DNA of 51,537 nt, from positions 1-51,537 of the IMG/VR virus record IMGVR_UViG_3300045988_148326. One strand, given 5' to 3'. Source of the DNA: a virus. The notes beneath the pieces are model-generated. The model was not told the DNA's origin, searched no databases, and was given only the letters and a program-made list of their open reading frames with translations. Made by a program: the position numbers and the translations under genes. How positions within the stretch are numbered: position 1 is the stretch's first letter; every line of letters begins with the position of its first letter. Below are positions 17,391 through 24,804 of this stretch, piece by piece.

Positions 17391-17864
17391 TTAACAGCCT
17401 TTCTTTTTGAAATGCTTTAAGAAATATAGGCTCATTTTTCCTGATACAAAGTCCTTATCTTGTTCTCCTGTATGGAAACACCTATTGCCATATTTGTCTG
17501 TGTAAACCTTAAAATCACCTTGCAATTCTCTTGCTCCAGTTTGCTCGTAAAACCACCAAGCTCTAATAATGTTAGTATCAAGCCATTTAATTTGAAGTTG
17601 AATGTATTTTGTGAGGTTTTCGTATTCATCAAAGTCCATATCGTCTTTTACGTAAGGCACAAATGTACATTCTATAAGGTCTGTGTCATCTACATTTTCC
17701 CAGTTATCTTCTATGACAAAACCATTAGGAAACATATCGGCAATCTCTTGTGCCTCTTCCATGTTTTCATCATCCAATGGCTCTTCTCCATAATACAAGT
17801 AGTAAAAAGCATCATTAGATATTTGCATGACTTGCTTTTTACTGTAGTCCATTCTGAAATTCAT
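17391..17864 (-). CDS. Hypothetical, strongly acidic protein
   Basis: 157 aa. The N-terminal two thirds are rich in D/E (EEPLDDENMEEAQEIADM...EDNWENVDDTDLIE...KDDMDFDEYE). Confidence 0.55.
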   Translation of the reverse strand: MNFRMDYSKKQVMQISNDAFYYLYYGEEPLDDENMEEAQEIADMFPNGFVIEDNWENVDDTDLIECTFVPYVKDDMDFDEYENLTKYIQLQIKWLDTNIIRAWWFYEQTGARELQGDFKVYTDKYGNRCFHTGEQDKDFVSGKMSLYFLKHFKKKGC

Positions 17865-18043
17865 CTGTTCATTTTTTCTACTGTTTCACGATATTGTTTT
17901 TCAATTTCCGCAATTTCATCAAGTGCTTCTTTAGGTTGAACTAATTGAGCAACTCTTGGCGGTTGAGATAATTCTTCTATTTCACTAGACAGAGTATTCT
18001 CCTGTTGTACCTCTTGGGTATTCTCCTGTTCAAATGTTCCCAT
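17861..18043 (-). CDS. Hypothetical small acidic/helical protein
   Basis: 60-aa ORF overlapping the downstream start by 4 nt. Confidence 0.45.
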   Translation of the reverse strand: MGTFEQENTQEVQQENTLSSEIEELSQPPRVAQLVQPKEALDEIAEIEKQYRETVEKMNR

Positions 18044-18054
18044 AATTTTCTGTA

Positions 18055-18252
18055 TTAATAGTTTGACAATTCTCCCGTTGGGGCTTTAGTATTCTCTTGT
18101 TCAATTCTCTTGCTTAAAGCTACACCGGAAATCTTGTGCGGACATCTATCACATAGGCCACTATGAGATTGGCCTATACAACCGGTGCATTCAGGCATAA
18201 ACGGCCTAACTATAACTAGTTTACGGCTTTTACCAGATTTAGTGTGTAACAT
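18055..18252 (-). CDS. Small Cys-rich (zinc-ribbon-like) protein
   Basis: CTGC-x9-CDRC pattern in PECTGCIGQSHSGLCDRCPHK. Confidence 0.45.
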   Translation of the reverse strand: MLHTKSGKSRKLVIVRPFMPECTGCIGQSHSGLCDRCPHKISGVALSKRIEQENTKAPTGELSNY

Positions 18253-18466
18253 ATTTTAACATTTTTACAATTGTTCTTTTATATGCTAAAGTACCAAAAT
18301 ACCTTTAAATAGAATACTGTTTTAATAATTTTAACATAAAAATTTTTCACGGGCTTATTGCCGCTTTGGCTTGAAACGTATGAGCCTTGGATTATAAAAA
18401 ATATATGAAATTTCATCATTCTTTCGCGTTCTCTCATCATTTCTCTTTATAAATGTAGATTTATAT

Positions 18467-18508
18467 ATCTAATATATGAAAGTGTCCTAGAACGCGCGAA
18501 AATGAGTC
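18467..18508 (+). repeat. 42-bp direct repeat, copy 1
   Basis: ATCTAATATATGAAAGTGTCCTAGAACGCGCGAAAATGAGTC, 41/42 identical to 18675..18716. Followed by T5. Confidence 0.85.
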
Positions 18509-18674
18509 GACTTTTTAATTAAAACTTTTAATAACTGTGAGTAATGCTGCTTGGATATAAATGTGAAGCTGAGGCACTTCAAATCTTATATATGGAGGCC
18601 ATGGAAAAATACATTGATAGGTATACTTCTTTTTCCCTTTATCATGTTATTTTTATGAATTAATATAGAGCTAC

Positions 18675-18716
18675 ATCTAATATATGAAAGTGTCCTAGAA
18701 CGCACGAAAATGAGTC
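18675..18716 (+). repeat. 42-bp direct repeat, copy 2
   Basis: ATCTAATATATGAAAGTGTCCTAGAACGCACGAAAATGAGTC, followed by T5. Lies 208 bp from copy 1. Confidence 0.85.
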
Positions 18717-18778
18717 CTTTTTATACTATAAAAGCTGCATAGCTTAAAATAAAGCTGTGCAGCTTCTGTGGTACAGAT

Positions 18779-18811
18779 AAAAAAAATAACCGCCTCTTCA
18801 CAGAGACGGTT
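18779..18811 (-). terminator. Intrinsic terminator of the 380-aa gene
   Basis: AACCGCCTC (18788..18796) pairs with GAGACGGTT (18803..18811), 8 of 9 bp. On the minus strand the hairpin is followed by A-T8. Confidence 0.7.
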
Positions 18812-18832
18812 ACTAACCCTAAACAGATTTGC

Positions 18833-19975
18833 TTATGCAAGTGGCTCTTCGGCAGGAGCTTCAGCCGGTGCTTCAGCAGGAGCTTCAGAGGCACCTTGCT
18901 GAGCGGCAAGGTATTCATCCAGTTCTTTCTTTGCTTCTTCAAGCTGTTTCTTCTTGGCTTCCAGCTCTTCCTGAGCTTTCTGCAATTTCTCTTCAGCTTT
19001 TTTCAAGTTCTCTTCGCAACGGAGAACGCGGTCCTGAGGAGTAAGTGGTGTGCGAGTAGCTGCAGCTTCGCGGCGTTCGCAATATTTCTTATTAAGTTCT
19101 TCGCCTTCGGCATCGAATGTTTCAGCAATCTTAAGTCCCTCAGCTTTCACAACTTTATGCATGATTTTTGCAGCGAGTGGATTGCCTTCAACCGGAGTAG
19201 GAACTGAGATACGGTACAACAAGCGCTGAGCGCGTTTATCAGGAACGATTGCCACGATACGACCAACAGTAACTTCAACTTTTTCTTCACCAGTTTCTGG
19301 GTCTGTAGTACGGTATTTTTCAATTTCCACTGTTTTACCGACATTGCCGATAACTTCGTTAACTTCATCAGCAATTGCTTCCGGAGTCCATTCAACTTTT
19401 TCAGAAGCATCTTTTGGCTTGCGGCCTGCGCGTGTTTTCTTTTCCGGTTCAATAGTTTCGTCCAAAATACGAACAAGGTTACTGTCGTGTACCTTAACGA
19501 TACGGCGGCCATCGTCAGTTTTGATTGCCAAAAGTACTTTGTTGCTTCGTTTTTCCTCAATAACTCCAGCGATATAACCGTCTACCCATTCTGCAGTATT
19601 GAAAGGAACTGCCTGGCAACGATGGTTAACAACTTCAGCTTTCAGTTTTTCAGCTAAAGCATGACGTTCTTCATCTGAAGCTTTTGGCTTTCTTTCTGCA
19701 GTGCGACCTGTGTACATAGGATTGACACCGCAATTTTCTTCAGCAGCTTTAAGAGCAGCTTCTTCTTCCGGAGTAAGCGGAGTTTCTTCTTCGAAAGCAG
19801 GAGTTTCAGCTGGTGCCTCAGCAGGAGTTTCAACAGGAGCTTCAGCTACAGCAGCTTTAGCTTTTTCGCGTTCAGCAAGAACTGCTTCAATAGCTACTTT
19901 ATCTTCTTCACTTGCTGTTTCTAACAATGCTTTCAGCGATTTTGTTCTCATTTGTGCAAATTTCTTTGTTGCCAT
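18833..19975 (-). CDS. Hypothetical 380-aa protein with PAEA-type terminal repeats, two beta-rich central domains and a K/E coiled coil; GC-rich relative to neighbours
   Basis: AEAPVETPAEAPAETPA near the N-terminus and SEAPAEAPAEAPAEEP at the C-terminus. Has its own promoter box (20015..20037) and terminator. Confidence 0.75.
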   Translation of the reverse strand: MATKKFAQMRTKSLKALLETASEEDKVAIEAVLAEREKAKAAVAEAPVETPAEAPAETPAFEEETPLTPEEEAALKAAEENCGVNPMYTGRTAERKPKASDEERHALAEKLKAEVVNHRCQAVPFNTAEWVDGYIAGVIEEKRSNKVLLAIKTDDGRRIVKVHDSNLVRILDETIEPEKKTRAGRKPKDASEKVEWTPEAIADEVNEVIGNVGKTVEIEKYRTTDPETGEEKVEVTVGRIVAIVPDKRAQRLLYRISVPTPVEGNPLAAKIMHKVVKAEGLKIAETFDAEGEELNKKYCERREAAATRTPLTPQDRVLRCEENLKKAEEKLQKAQEELEAKKKQLEEAKKELDEYLAAQQGASEAPAEAPAEAPAEEPLA

Positions 19976-20014
19976 AGTCGTAATTTTTAAGTTGTTATTA
20001 ATAATGTTTATATG

Positions 20015-20037
20015 TTTTTTCGATAGTGCAAATATAA
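20015..20037 (-). promoter_or_regulatory. Leftward promoter box for the 380-aa gene (-7 element TATATTTG = complement of 20029..20036)
   Basis: The minus strand reads TATATTTGCACTATCGAAAAAA, the same family as 27..47. Confidence 0.5.
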
Positions 20038-20100
20038 TATGATTATTTATATTAGAAAACCGTTTTGAGAAATTTTTTCAAAATTCTTTGTTAAAAGGTG

Positions 20101-20367
20101 TTAACGGCATTTCTTGAATGGTCCGAGCATCCCGAGAGTACTTATAGTATATCCCTCTTTGCCAAAAAATCTAATTGCCACATTGCACAATTGGGTTGTG
20201 TTCAGCATATCAGATGCTACTGTAATAATAAACACATCCGGCATAGTATAAAGCGTTACAGAAATATCTGCGATTGCTTCCATGAAGTTTTCTACGTTAT
20301 CCAGATTTTCTCGAGTTGCTTTAATCTCGAGTCTGTAAGTTGTAACATATATCTGATTTGCAGCCAT
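20101..20367 (-). CDS. Hypothetical protein (track ORF 20101..20406, trimmed to the ATG at 20367)
   Basis: The start lies 1 nt after the upstream gene stop (TAAtATG on the minus strand). MAANQIYVTTYRLEIKATREN... Confidence 0.5.
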   Translation of the reverse strand: MAANQIYVTTYRLEIKATRENLDNVENFMEAIADISVTLYTMPDVFIITVASDMLNTTQLCNVAIRFFGKEGYTISTLGMLGPFKKCR

Positions 20368-20368
20368 A

Positions 20369-20614
20369 TTACTTAATATTTTTGTGAATATCTGTAAGAA
20401 TTGCATTTGACAACACTAACATTACCGCAGCTACTGCTAATACGAACATATAAAAATTCTGCCAATCGCTGATAGAAGCCAGGCCAGTCAATCCAATTAT
20501 AACTAACACCATTCCAGTGTTTCCTAACAGCTTTGCTTTTTTAATTGCTTTTTCCATTGTTGTAAATTTTAAAATTATGAATTGTGCCGCTGTGGGTATC
20601 GCTCCCTTTATCAT
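20369..20614 (-). CDS. Small two-TM membrane protein
   Basis: MVLVIIGLTGLASI and FYMFVLAVAAVMLVLSNAIL hydrophobic segments. Confidence 0.5.
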   Translation of the reverse strand: MIKGAIPTAAQFIILKFTTMEKAIKKAKLLGNTGMVLVIIGLTGLASISDWQNFYMFVLAVAAVMLVLSNAILTDIHKNIK

Positions 20615-20635
20615 TTCCTTGCAGCGGCTAAGGCA

Positions 20636-21004
20636 TTACTTATGCGAAACTCTGAAGCTTTCAGTAATTAATTTTGCGGCTTCAAACGCAGTGCTAAAGT
20701 CCATAGGCATGCTCATTTGATTTTTCAGCATCATAGCTATACTGAACAATTCACTTGGTATTTCATCTATTCCTAATAGACCTGCTGTTTCTTCATTAAC
20801 TGATATTCTCCATTCTGGGCCGTTGCCTCTTTCATGGGAGTAAGTAATTTCTGCAATCTGCCTTATATCCGCATAATTGCCATTTCTTACGAGTATAATT
20901 ATATCATCGCAATCTTCAATCACAGTAGCTATGCAGTTAATAAAATCGTGTTTTACATCTTCTTCAGAAAAAATAACTGCATACTCATAATTTGTCTTTG
21001 TCAT
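20636..21004 (-). CDS. Hypothetical protein
   Basis: 122-aa ORF. Its 5' leader AATTTTTAAGTTGTTATTAATA is shared with the 380-aa gene (plus-strand 21011.. and 19981..). Confidence 0.5.
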   Translation of the reverse strand: MTKTNYEYAVIFSEEDVKHDFINCIATVIEDCDDIIILVRNGNYADIRQIAEITYSHERGNGPEWRISVNEETAGLLGIDEIPSELFSIAMMLKNQMSMPMDFSTAFEAAKLITESFRVSHK

Positions 21005-21062
21005 AACTGTAAATTTTTAAGTTGTTATTAATATACTTTATTTATATAAATATCCGTGAGAC

Positions 21063-21359
21063 TCAAATATTGTTCTGTTTGTTTCCATTGTTCTCTTGTA
21101 TTACTTCTTGAATAACTGCTGCAAATCTTACTCCAAAGGTGAAATAAACGTCTTCGCTGTAAACTTTTACCTTGCTTGTTTCTGGCCAGTCACGCTTGAC
21201 GTTATTCAGCTTCATTCTTTCGAGCTCTTTGTCTGTAAGGAGCTCACCTTCTGGGCAAACATCGGTTGCTTTCAGGACCATGTTATAAATTCTCTTGGTG
21301 ACTTCACATTCTCTCGATGTTTCACAAGAAATCACAACATTTCCAATTGTCTTTTTCAT
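21063..21359 (-). CDS. Hypothetical protein
   Basis: 98-aa ORF. Confidence 0.5.
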   Translation of the reverse strand: MKKTIGNVVISCETSRECEVTKRIYNMVLKATDVCPEGELLTDKELERMKLNNVKRDWPETSKVKVYSEDVYFTFGVRFAAVIQEVIQENNGNKQNNI

Positions 21360-21383
21360 ATTTCTACGGTTTTAATAATTCTC

Positions 21384-21399
21384 TTGACACTATTGTCAA
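21384..21399. promoter_or_regulatory. Palindrome TTGACActatTGTCAA (candidate operator)
   Basis: Perfect 6-bp arms with a 4-bp spacer in the 116-bp gap between two leftward genes. Confidence 0.4.
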
Positions 21400-21475
21400 T
21401 TGTGTCCAGTAGTGGAGTCGAACCACCACTGCCAACACTCCTGTGTGACACTCCCGGTCTGGACTTCTCCCGGCA

Positions 21476-21832
21476 TCAACGGATGTTGATACCGTTTTCA
21501 TCCACTGTTATCACTTCAACCAACATCGCCTCTGTAGGAAGTTCTTTTGTCACAGTGATTTTCTCGTTACCCTCCTGTCTTGTCTCTGTCACTGTTTTCA
21601 CTTTTGTTTCTTTGTAGATACAATACGTGTGATTGTAATATTCTCCAAGTGCGTCGCGTTTCTCCGCCTCCTTCACTGCGGAAATAATTTCCTTTTCACA
21701 GTAATAATGACACTCTGACTCGAACATGAATTCTCCTGTACGACTTTCCTGTTCAATTGTCAATGACTCGTTTTCCAACAATGAATTGTCAACTACTGTT
21801 AACACAAATCGATAATTTCTGTTTACTTTCAT
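21476..21832 (-). CDS. Hypothetical protein; first gene of the leftward operon
   Basis: 118-aa ORF, about 35 nt downstream of the leftward promoter box. Confidence 0.55.
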   Translation of the reverse strand: MKVNRNYRFVLTVVDNSLLENESLTIEQESRTGEFMFESECHYYCEKEIISAVKEAEKRDALGEYYNHTYCIYKETKVKTVTETRQEGNEKITVTKELPTEAMLVEVITVDENGINIR

Positions 21833-21866
21833 AGTTTAACTGTTTTTTATGTTTATAACTTTGTTG

Positions 21867-21887
21867 TTTTTCGATATACAAATATAC
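21867..21887 (-). promoter_or_regulatory. Leftward promoter box (-7 TATATTTG = complement of 21879..21886)
   Basis: The minus strand reads GTATATTTGTATATCGAAAAA, nearly identical to the box at 27..47. Confidence 0.55.
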
Positions 21888-21967
21888 AATTTTTATTTTA
21901 ATCTGAAAAATTTCTGAGATATTTTTTGTGTTAAATTTTGTTGTTCAATCATTGAATATCTCCGTTG

Positions 21968-21988
21968 TTTTTCGATATGTAAATATAC
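21968..21988 (-). promoter_or_regulatory. Second, tandem leftward promoter-like box (variant -7 TATATTTA)
   Basis: The minus strand reads GTATATTTACATATCGAAAAA. About 27 nt are shared with the box 101 bp downstream. Confidence 0.4.
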
Positions 21989-23153
21989 AAATAATATTTG
22001 AAATATAAAAATATCTGAATAAAATTTTTATGGTAGGTAAAACTTTTTTATTATGGAAATTTTCTCAGATGTTTTTTAACATGGTGTATAATTATTATCA
22101 TAGGAAAATATTCAAGTTAAATATATGTTAAGTATTCTGGTTGTTTATATTAAAAAATATTAATGGATAGACTGGTGTAGTACCTGTATATTCTTTGAAC
22201 CTGTAAAATATTCTATATTAAGAAGTGTTAAGCAATTGTTAAATTTTAATGACGGATTGCCTGTATGCCTGTAATTGGATTGATACCTGAAAATAAATCA
22301 TGTTAAAAAGTGTTAAGGCATTCAGGCAAGTATCCACATTTAACATGACTTAACGGTATTTCATTCCCTTAACCAATGAGGCACATAGCCTTATAGATTT
22401 TTAACATAAAATATTTCGCAGATTGGAAAATTTTGCGCATTGGGAAATTAGGCCCCTGGCGCGGTGCCGGCGTGCCCCTATATATAGTATATAGAGCCAT
22501 GTCCATAGGCAGAAAAATTTTTTGGCTTCAAATCATTCTCGCAAATTGGGATTCAAATCATATATAAGTATGAGCAGGGCCCAGAGGCTCATAAATTCTC
22601 ATTCTTGCATACATTCTCGCAAATATCTATCTAGGCCCTTAGACTTAATAGGGAATTGACAAAATGACATTCTCGCAATAAAGAAGCGAACGCCCAGAAA
22701 TAATTTTCAAAGAAACAAAATAAACATGCAAAATCAAAGGGAAGTTTCTCAATAACTGATTGATTTTCAATAAATTAGACTTTAATAAACAATATAAACA
22801 ATAAATATGTAGGAGAGATAAAATAGATTTGAAATAGTGATATGTGAATAGATAGGCTTATCATATATCACATATAACAGTATAAGACTTCATAGAAGAG
22901 TTAAAGATGATTGTTTCTATGCCCTTTAATTTCTATTCACTAATTAAATTTAATAAACTATTGATTTTCAATTAGTTTTATTTTGTGAAGTAGAAACATG
23001 AAAAACAAAAGCCTAATTTTCTATTCACTGATTAAGATACATGCCTAAATACTTGTGAAGTATGATATTAATATGTTAATTATTCACTAATATAAAAAAT
23101 GTTAATTTTTAATTTTTAGTCTGCGAGAATTTTTACTTATCAGCCTTTATGAC

Positions 23154-23161
23154 TATATTTG
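23154..23161 (+). promoter_or_regulatory. Rightward (late-operon) -7 element TATATTTG
   Basis: GACTATATTTGCAAAAACATT lies 17 nt upstream of the ATG at 23178. A GCGAGAAT motif lies at 23123..23130. Confidence 0.5.
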
Positions 23162-23177
23162 CAAAAACATTAAAAAT

Positions 23178-24014
23178 ATGCACATGATACGAATAGGTAA
23201 ATACAAGTACTTGGTAGACTTACAAGAAGGTTCTAATATTGAATCTGTAAGTGCTTATTTTATACTAGAATTTGAATATGATAACAAGTTCTATGTTGGC
23301 TGGACAGGAGAAACTAATGCCGTTTCTGTAAAGAATAAAATAGATAGGCTTATATACAACGCGTTTCACAACGTCTCATGGTTATGCAAAAATAATCCGG
23401 ACCTTGTAAAAGCCATAGTAGAAAGCAAATACATAACAGTGACAACAGAAGAAATTCCTTTTAATGCTTTATCGCTACCAAATGACTTGTTAAACGTATA
23501 TTCAAGAATGTATGAGTTGATAGATGAGTATAGTGCCTATGCACCATACGGGCATAATATAATAAATAGTCTAAATAAATGTGTGGCAGAAAAAGCAATT
23601 ATACCAGGATACGCTGCAAAATGGGAAATACCAGACACAATACGTAAATCAGGAACAGACACTATACGTAGTTATCCACATAGGGCTGTGTATCAGTATA
23701 CTAAGATAGCAGAAAATACATATAAATTCTATAAAAAGTGGGATTCTATAAGAGAATATGTAAATTCAGTATCTACAAAAATCAATCCGAGCGCTATATA
23801 TATGTGCTGTAATGGCCAGCGAAGAATAGCATACGGCTCTGTATGGAGATTTAATAATACAGATGATATAATAACAATAGAACCAGACCTTAGAAAAGCG
23901 ACCGAATATAGGCAGTTGCAAAACCAAATAAAAAAAGATGTAATACTAGAAGAAAAAAGTAAAACTATATTAGATAAACAACAAAAGTATAATAATCAAT
24001 ATGAAAACAGATAA
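23178..24014 (+). CDS. GIY-YIG-type homing-endonuclease-like protein with a C-terminal NUMOD/IENR-like DNA-binding module
   Basis: AYFILEFEYDNKFYVGWTGE (GIY-x9-YVG spacing), KIDRLIY (Arg), YELIDEY...YGHNIINS (Glu / GxN). C-terminal VYQYTK...WDSIREY...IYMCCNGQRRIAYGSVWRF is typical of free-standing phage endonucleases. Confidence 0.6.
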   Translation: MHMIRIGKYKYLVDLQEGSNIESVSAYFILEFEYDNKFYVGWTGETNAVSVKNKIDRLIYNAFHNVSWLCKNNPDLVKAIVESKYITVTTEEIPFNALSLPNDLLNVYSRMYELIDEYSAYAPYGHNIINSLNKCVAEKAIIPGYAAKWEIPDTIRKSGTDTIRSYPHRAVYQYTKIAENTYKFYKKWDSIREYVNSVSTKINPSAIYMCCNGQRRIAYGSVWRFNNTDDIITIEPDLRKATEYRQLQNQIKKDVILEEKSKTILDKQQKYNNQYENR

Positions 24015-24789
24015 AATAGCACAGAAATTAGCAGATATACTGCCATCACGCCCAGTAGTTCCTGGAATGTCTAATCCGGACACATCCAAGCTTGTAGAAC
24101 AAGAGGCCACGCGCATCAAATCAAAACAAGATGCAAAGGAATTGGCTCGTATTAAGTATCTTGAAAAGCAGAAGCTTAAAAATCTTCAAGCCAAACAAGA
24201 AAAACGCCAATCGTTAGCAGAAGAGCTTGGTGTGGAAGAAATACCAGATGGCCAAACTGAACTTCAAGCCAAACGCATCGTAGAGCAGCAAAAACGAGTT
24301 GAGGCTATTGAGGCACTTGAGGCTCAGACTGTAGAGCCGCTTAAAGCAACTGAGTTAGCAGAACGCCATGACTCGGGCAAAGGCTCATATTCATCATCTA
24401 TACGCTCAGCACTTCAGTTACAAGGAGCATCAAGGCCTGAAATAACAAAGCTTCTTACTAGCCTTAATATCAATTTAAGTGTTCAGCTTACAAAGCAGGA
24501 CACGGCCAATTTATTGGCTTGTTTGTTAACGTGCAATGAAAGCCAGCTTAACGCACTTCTTTCAAACAAGAAGATACCAGTTGTAATAAAAACTGTTATC
24601 AAGCGCTTAATAGAAGATATGAAACTTGGCAATATAGAAACAGTTGAGAAACTTTGGGACCGTATATTCGGTAAAGGAGCAATGCAGCTTAACCTTCCAG
24701 AGCAAGCGCAGCTGCAAACAGGCATTCTTCCAAATGTGCCTATTTCCCGTGAAGCATACGTGATAATTCGCGAAAGTCTAATGAAGTAA
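24001..24789 (+). CDS. Putative small terminase subunit
   Basis: Lies upstream of TerL (interrupted by the HNH gene). The C-terminal GNIETVEKLWDRIFGKGAMQ resembles the conserved TerS ...DR.fGKp motif. Confidence 0.45.
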   Translation: MKTDKIAQKLADILPSRPVVPGMSNPDTSKLVEQEATRIKSKQDAKELARIKYLEKQKLKNLQAKQEKRQSLAEELGVEEIPDGQTELQAKRIVEQQKRVEAIEALEAQTVEPLKATELAERHDSGKGSYSSSIRSALQLQGASRPEITKLLTSLNINLSVQLTKQDTANLLACLLTCNESQLNALLSNKKIPVVIKTVIKRLIEDMKLGNIETVEKLWDRIFGKGAMQLNLPEQAQLQTGILPNVPISREAYVIIRESLMK

Positions 24790-24804
24790 AATTATAATAG
24801 TATT

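Larger units (their letters stand above)
18253..18832. other. 580-bp ORF-free region with repeat elements and hairpins
   Basis: No ORF of 60 aa or more on either strand. Contains the 42-bp direct repeats and a 14-bp-stem hairpin (18732..18765). Confidence 0.7.
21833..23177. other. 1.35-kb ORF-free divergent control region (candidate origin / regulatory hub / ncRNA locus)
   Basis: No ORF of 60 aa or more. Contains several independent short-repeat families and a 28-nt GC island. Flanked by divergent promoters. Confidence 0.75.

Noticed and set aside
21403-21464. Minus-strand tRNA gene suggested by the GGTTCGACTCC T-loop
   Set aside because: Only 62 nt lie between the acceptor halves, and no D arm or anticodon arm can be drawn. 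It is kept as a tRNA-like hairpin finding, not annotated as a tRNA.
22430-22700. Regularly spaced CATTCTCGCAA / AGGCCC units that could be taken for a mini CRISPR array
   Set aside because: There are only three units. The conserved cores are 11 nt and 6 nt rather than 24-40 nt. Spacings are unequal (78 and 56 bp), and there are no cas genes or leader. They are better treated as iterons or operators.
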